The notes under the pieces: generated by a model | What the model was told of the DNA's origin: nothing | The model's database searches: none | The model's input: only the letters and a program-made list of their open reading frames with translations | Program-made: the position numbers and the translations under genes | Shown here: in pieces, positions 63,081 through 64,000 of the stretch | Layout of the letters: every line of letters begins with the position of its first letter | How positions within the stretch are numbered: position 1 is the stretch's first letter | Assembly: GCA_963744675.1 (NCBI GenBank) | Contig: CAVUUO010000002.1 | Span: forward strand, 8,780-72,779 | Source: an uncultured Alphaproteobacteria bacterium | GTDB taxonomy: Bacteria; Pseudomonadota; Alphaproteobacteria; Rhizobiales; Xanthobacteraceae | Direction of reading: 5' to 3' | DNA length: 64,000 nt

Positions 63081-64000
63081 ATGACGACGGATGTATCTCG
63101 ACGCTCCGTGCTCGCGCTCGGCGCCGGCCTCGGCGCCTCAACCATGCTCGGCGGCCGTGCCCTGGCCAAGGCTCCAAAGCAGGGCACGCAGACGCCGTAC
63201 TGGCATCGCTTCGTCGTCGGGGATGCCGAAGTGACCGTGATTTCCGACGGCCCGTTGCCGCTCGGGCCCCCCAAGGGTACTTTCGTCGGCGTGCCGGACG
63301 AAGAAGTGCGGAAGATGCTTTCCGACAACTTTCTCGATCCCGACAATATCGTGCTCGAGCAGAATTCGCCCGTCGTGAACAATGGCGACAAGCTGATCCT
63401 GTTCGATACCGGCATGGGCACCTCAAAGGCGTTCGGGCCGACCACGGGTCGCCAGCAAAAGAGCATGGCGGAAGCCGGAATCAAGCCGGGCGATATCGAC
63501 GCCGTGGTGCTGTCGCACGCCCATATCGACCATATCGGCGGCATCGTCGACAGCAACGACAAGCCGTTATTCCCCAATGCGCAATATTACATCACCCAGA
63601 GCGACTTCGACTTCTGGACAGATGAAGGCAAGCTCGGCAGTCCGCTGAAGGATTTCGTGTTGCACGCGCGCAAGAACTTGATGCCGGTGCGCGATCGCCT
63701 CGTCTTCATCAAGGACGGCCAGGAATTCCTGCCCGGCGTGCAGGCCATTGCGGCGCCGGGACATACCGTCGGGCACACCATCTTCGTGGTGACCTCGGCC
63801 GGAAAGTCCTTCGCCTTTCTCGGCGATCTCACGCACCACGCCGTGCTGTTGCTCGAAAAGCCGCGAATGGAATTCTCCTACGACACCGATCCGAAGCAGG
63901 CCGCCGCAACGCGAGTGAAATTGCTCGATACCATCGCGGCAAACAAGACCCCCGTCATGTCCTATCACTTCGCCTGGCCCGGCTATGGTCACATCGCTAA
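63081..64000 (+). CDS. Tat-exported MBL-fold hydrolase (partial, runs off the right edge)
   Basis: GAGGAGG RBS, MTTDVSRRSVL twin-arginine signal, LFDTG, SHAHIDHIGG, PGHTVGH, GDL, YHFAWPG; absent from the ORF track because it has no stop in the window. Confidence 0.9.
   Translation, partial: MTTDVSRRSVLALGAGLGASTMLGGRALAKAPKQGTQTPYWHRFVVGDAEVTVISDGPLPLGPPKGTFVGVPDEEVRKMLSDNFLDPDNIVLEQNSPVVNNGDKLILFDTGMGTSKAFGPTTGRQQKSMAEAGIKPGDIDAVVLSHAHIDHIGGIVDSNDKPLFPNAQYYITQSDFDFWTDEGKLGSPLKDFVLHARKNLMPVRDRLVFIKDGQEFLPGVQAIAAPGHTVGHTIFVVTSAGKSFAFLGDLTHHAVLLLEKPRMEFSYDTDPKQAAATRVKLLDTIAANKTPVMSYHFAWPGYGHIA

Noticed and set aside
1-64000. CRISPR array or tandem repeat array
   Set aside because: No regularly spaced direct repeats noticed; the only repeats seen are isolated REP/RIME-type palindromes.

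Overview
Chromosomal segment of a high-GC alphaproteobacterium. Gene order and protein sequences point to Bradyrhizobium or another Nitrobacteraceae member (inferred, not searched). Core blocks: hflX-hfq; dusB(nifR3)-ntrBC-ntrYX; ispDF-cinA; ratA-lipA; mpg; an Omp25/RopB-type porin; valS-popZ-tolC-pcm; a DTW tRNA-modification gene; an MdtABC-type RND pump with its outer-membrane factor; a ufaD/ufaO/ufaM-like lipid-modification operon; cysK; aapJQMP; metC; an MgtC-family gene. The main item is a ~15 kb accessory region between two convergent tRNA genes, tRNA-Asn (24757-24831, +) and tRNA-Cys (40026-40099, -). It holds six co-oriented minus-strand genes: an S8 subtilase-thermolysin-like metalloprotease fusion, a ComEC-like MBL hydrolase, a TIR protein, a stand-alone SLOG protein, a 2-TM membrane-anchored PtuA-like ABC ATPase and a second, atypical TIR protein. 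A zinc-ribbon/cyclase/STAND/TPR gene is divergent from them. I do not recognise this combination as a named system; it is a candidate new nucleotide-signalling anti-phage or conflict system. The left edge carries an AT-richer two-gene module with a PIN-domain gene. About 15 single-base indels, mostly in the first 14 kb, break genes including the normally essential ispDF; they are best read as sequencing or assembly errors.
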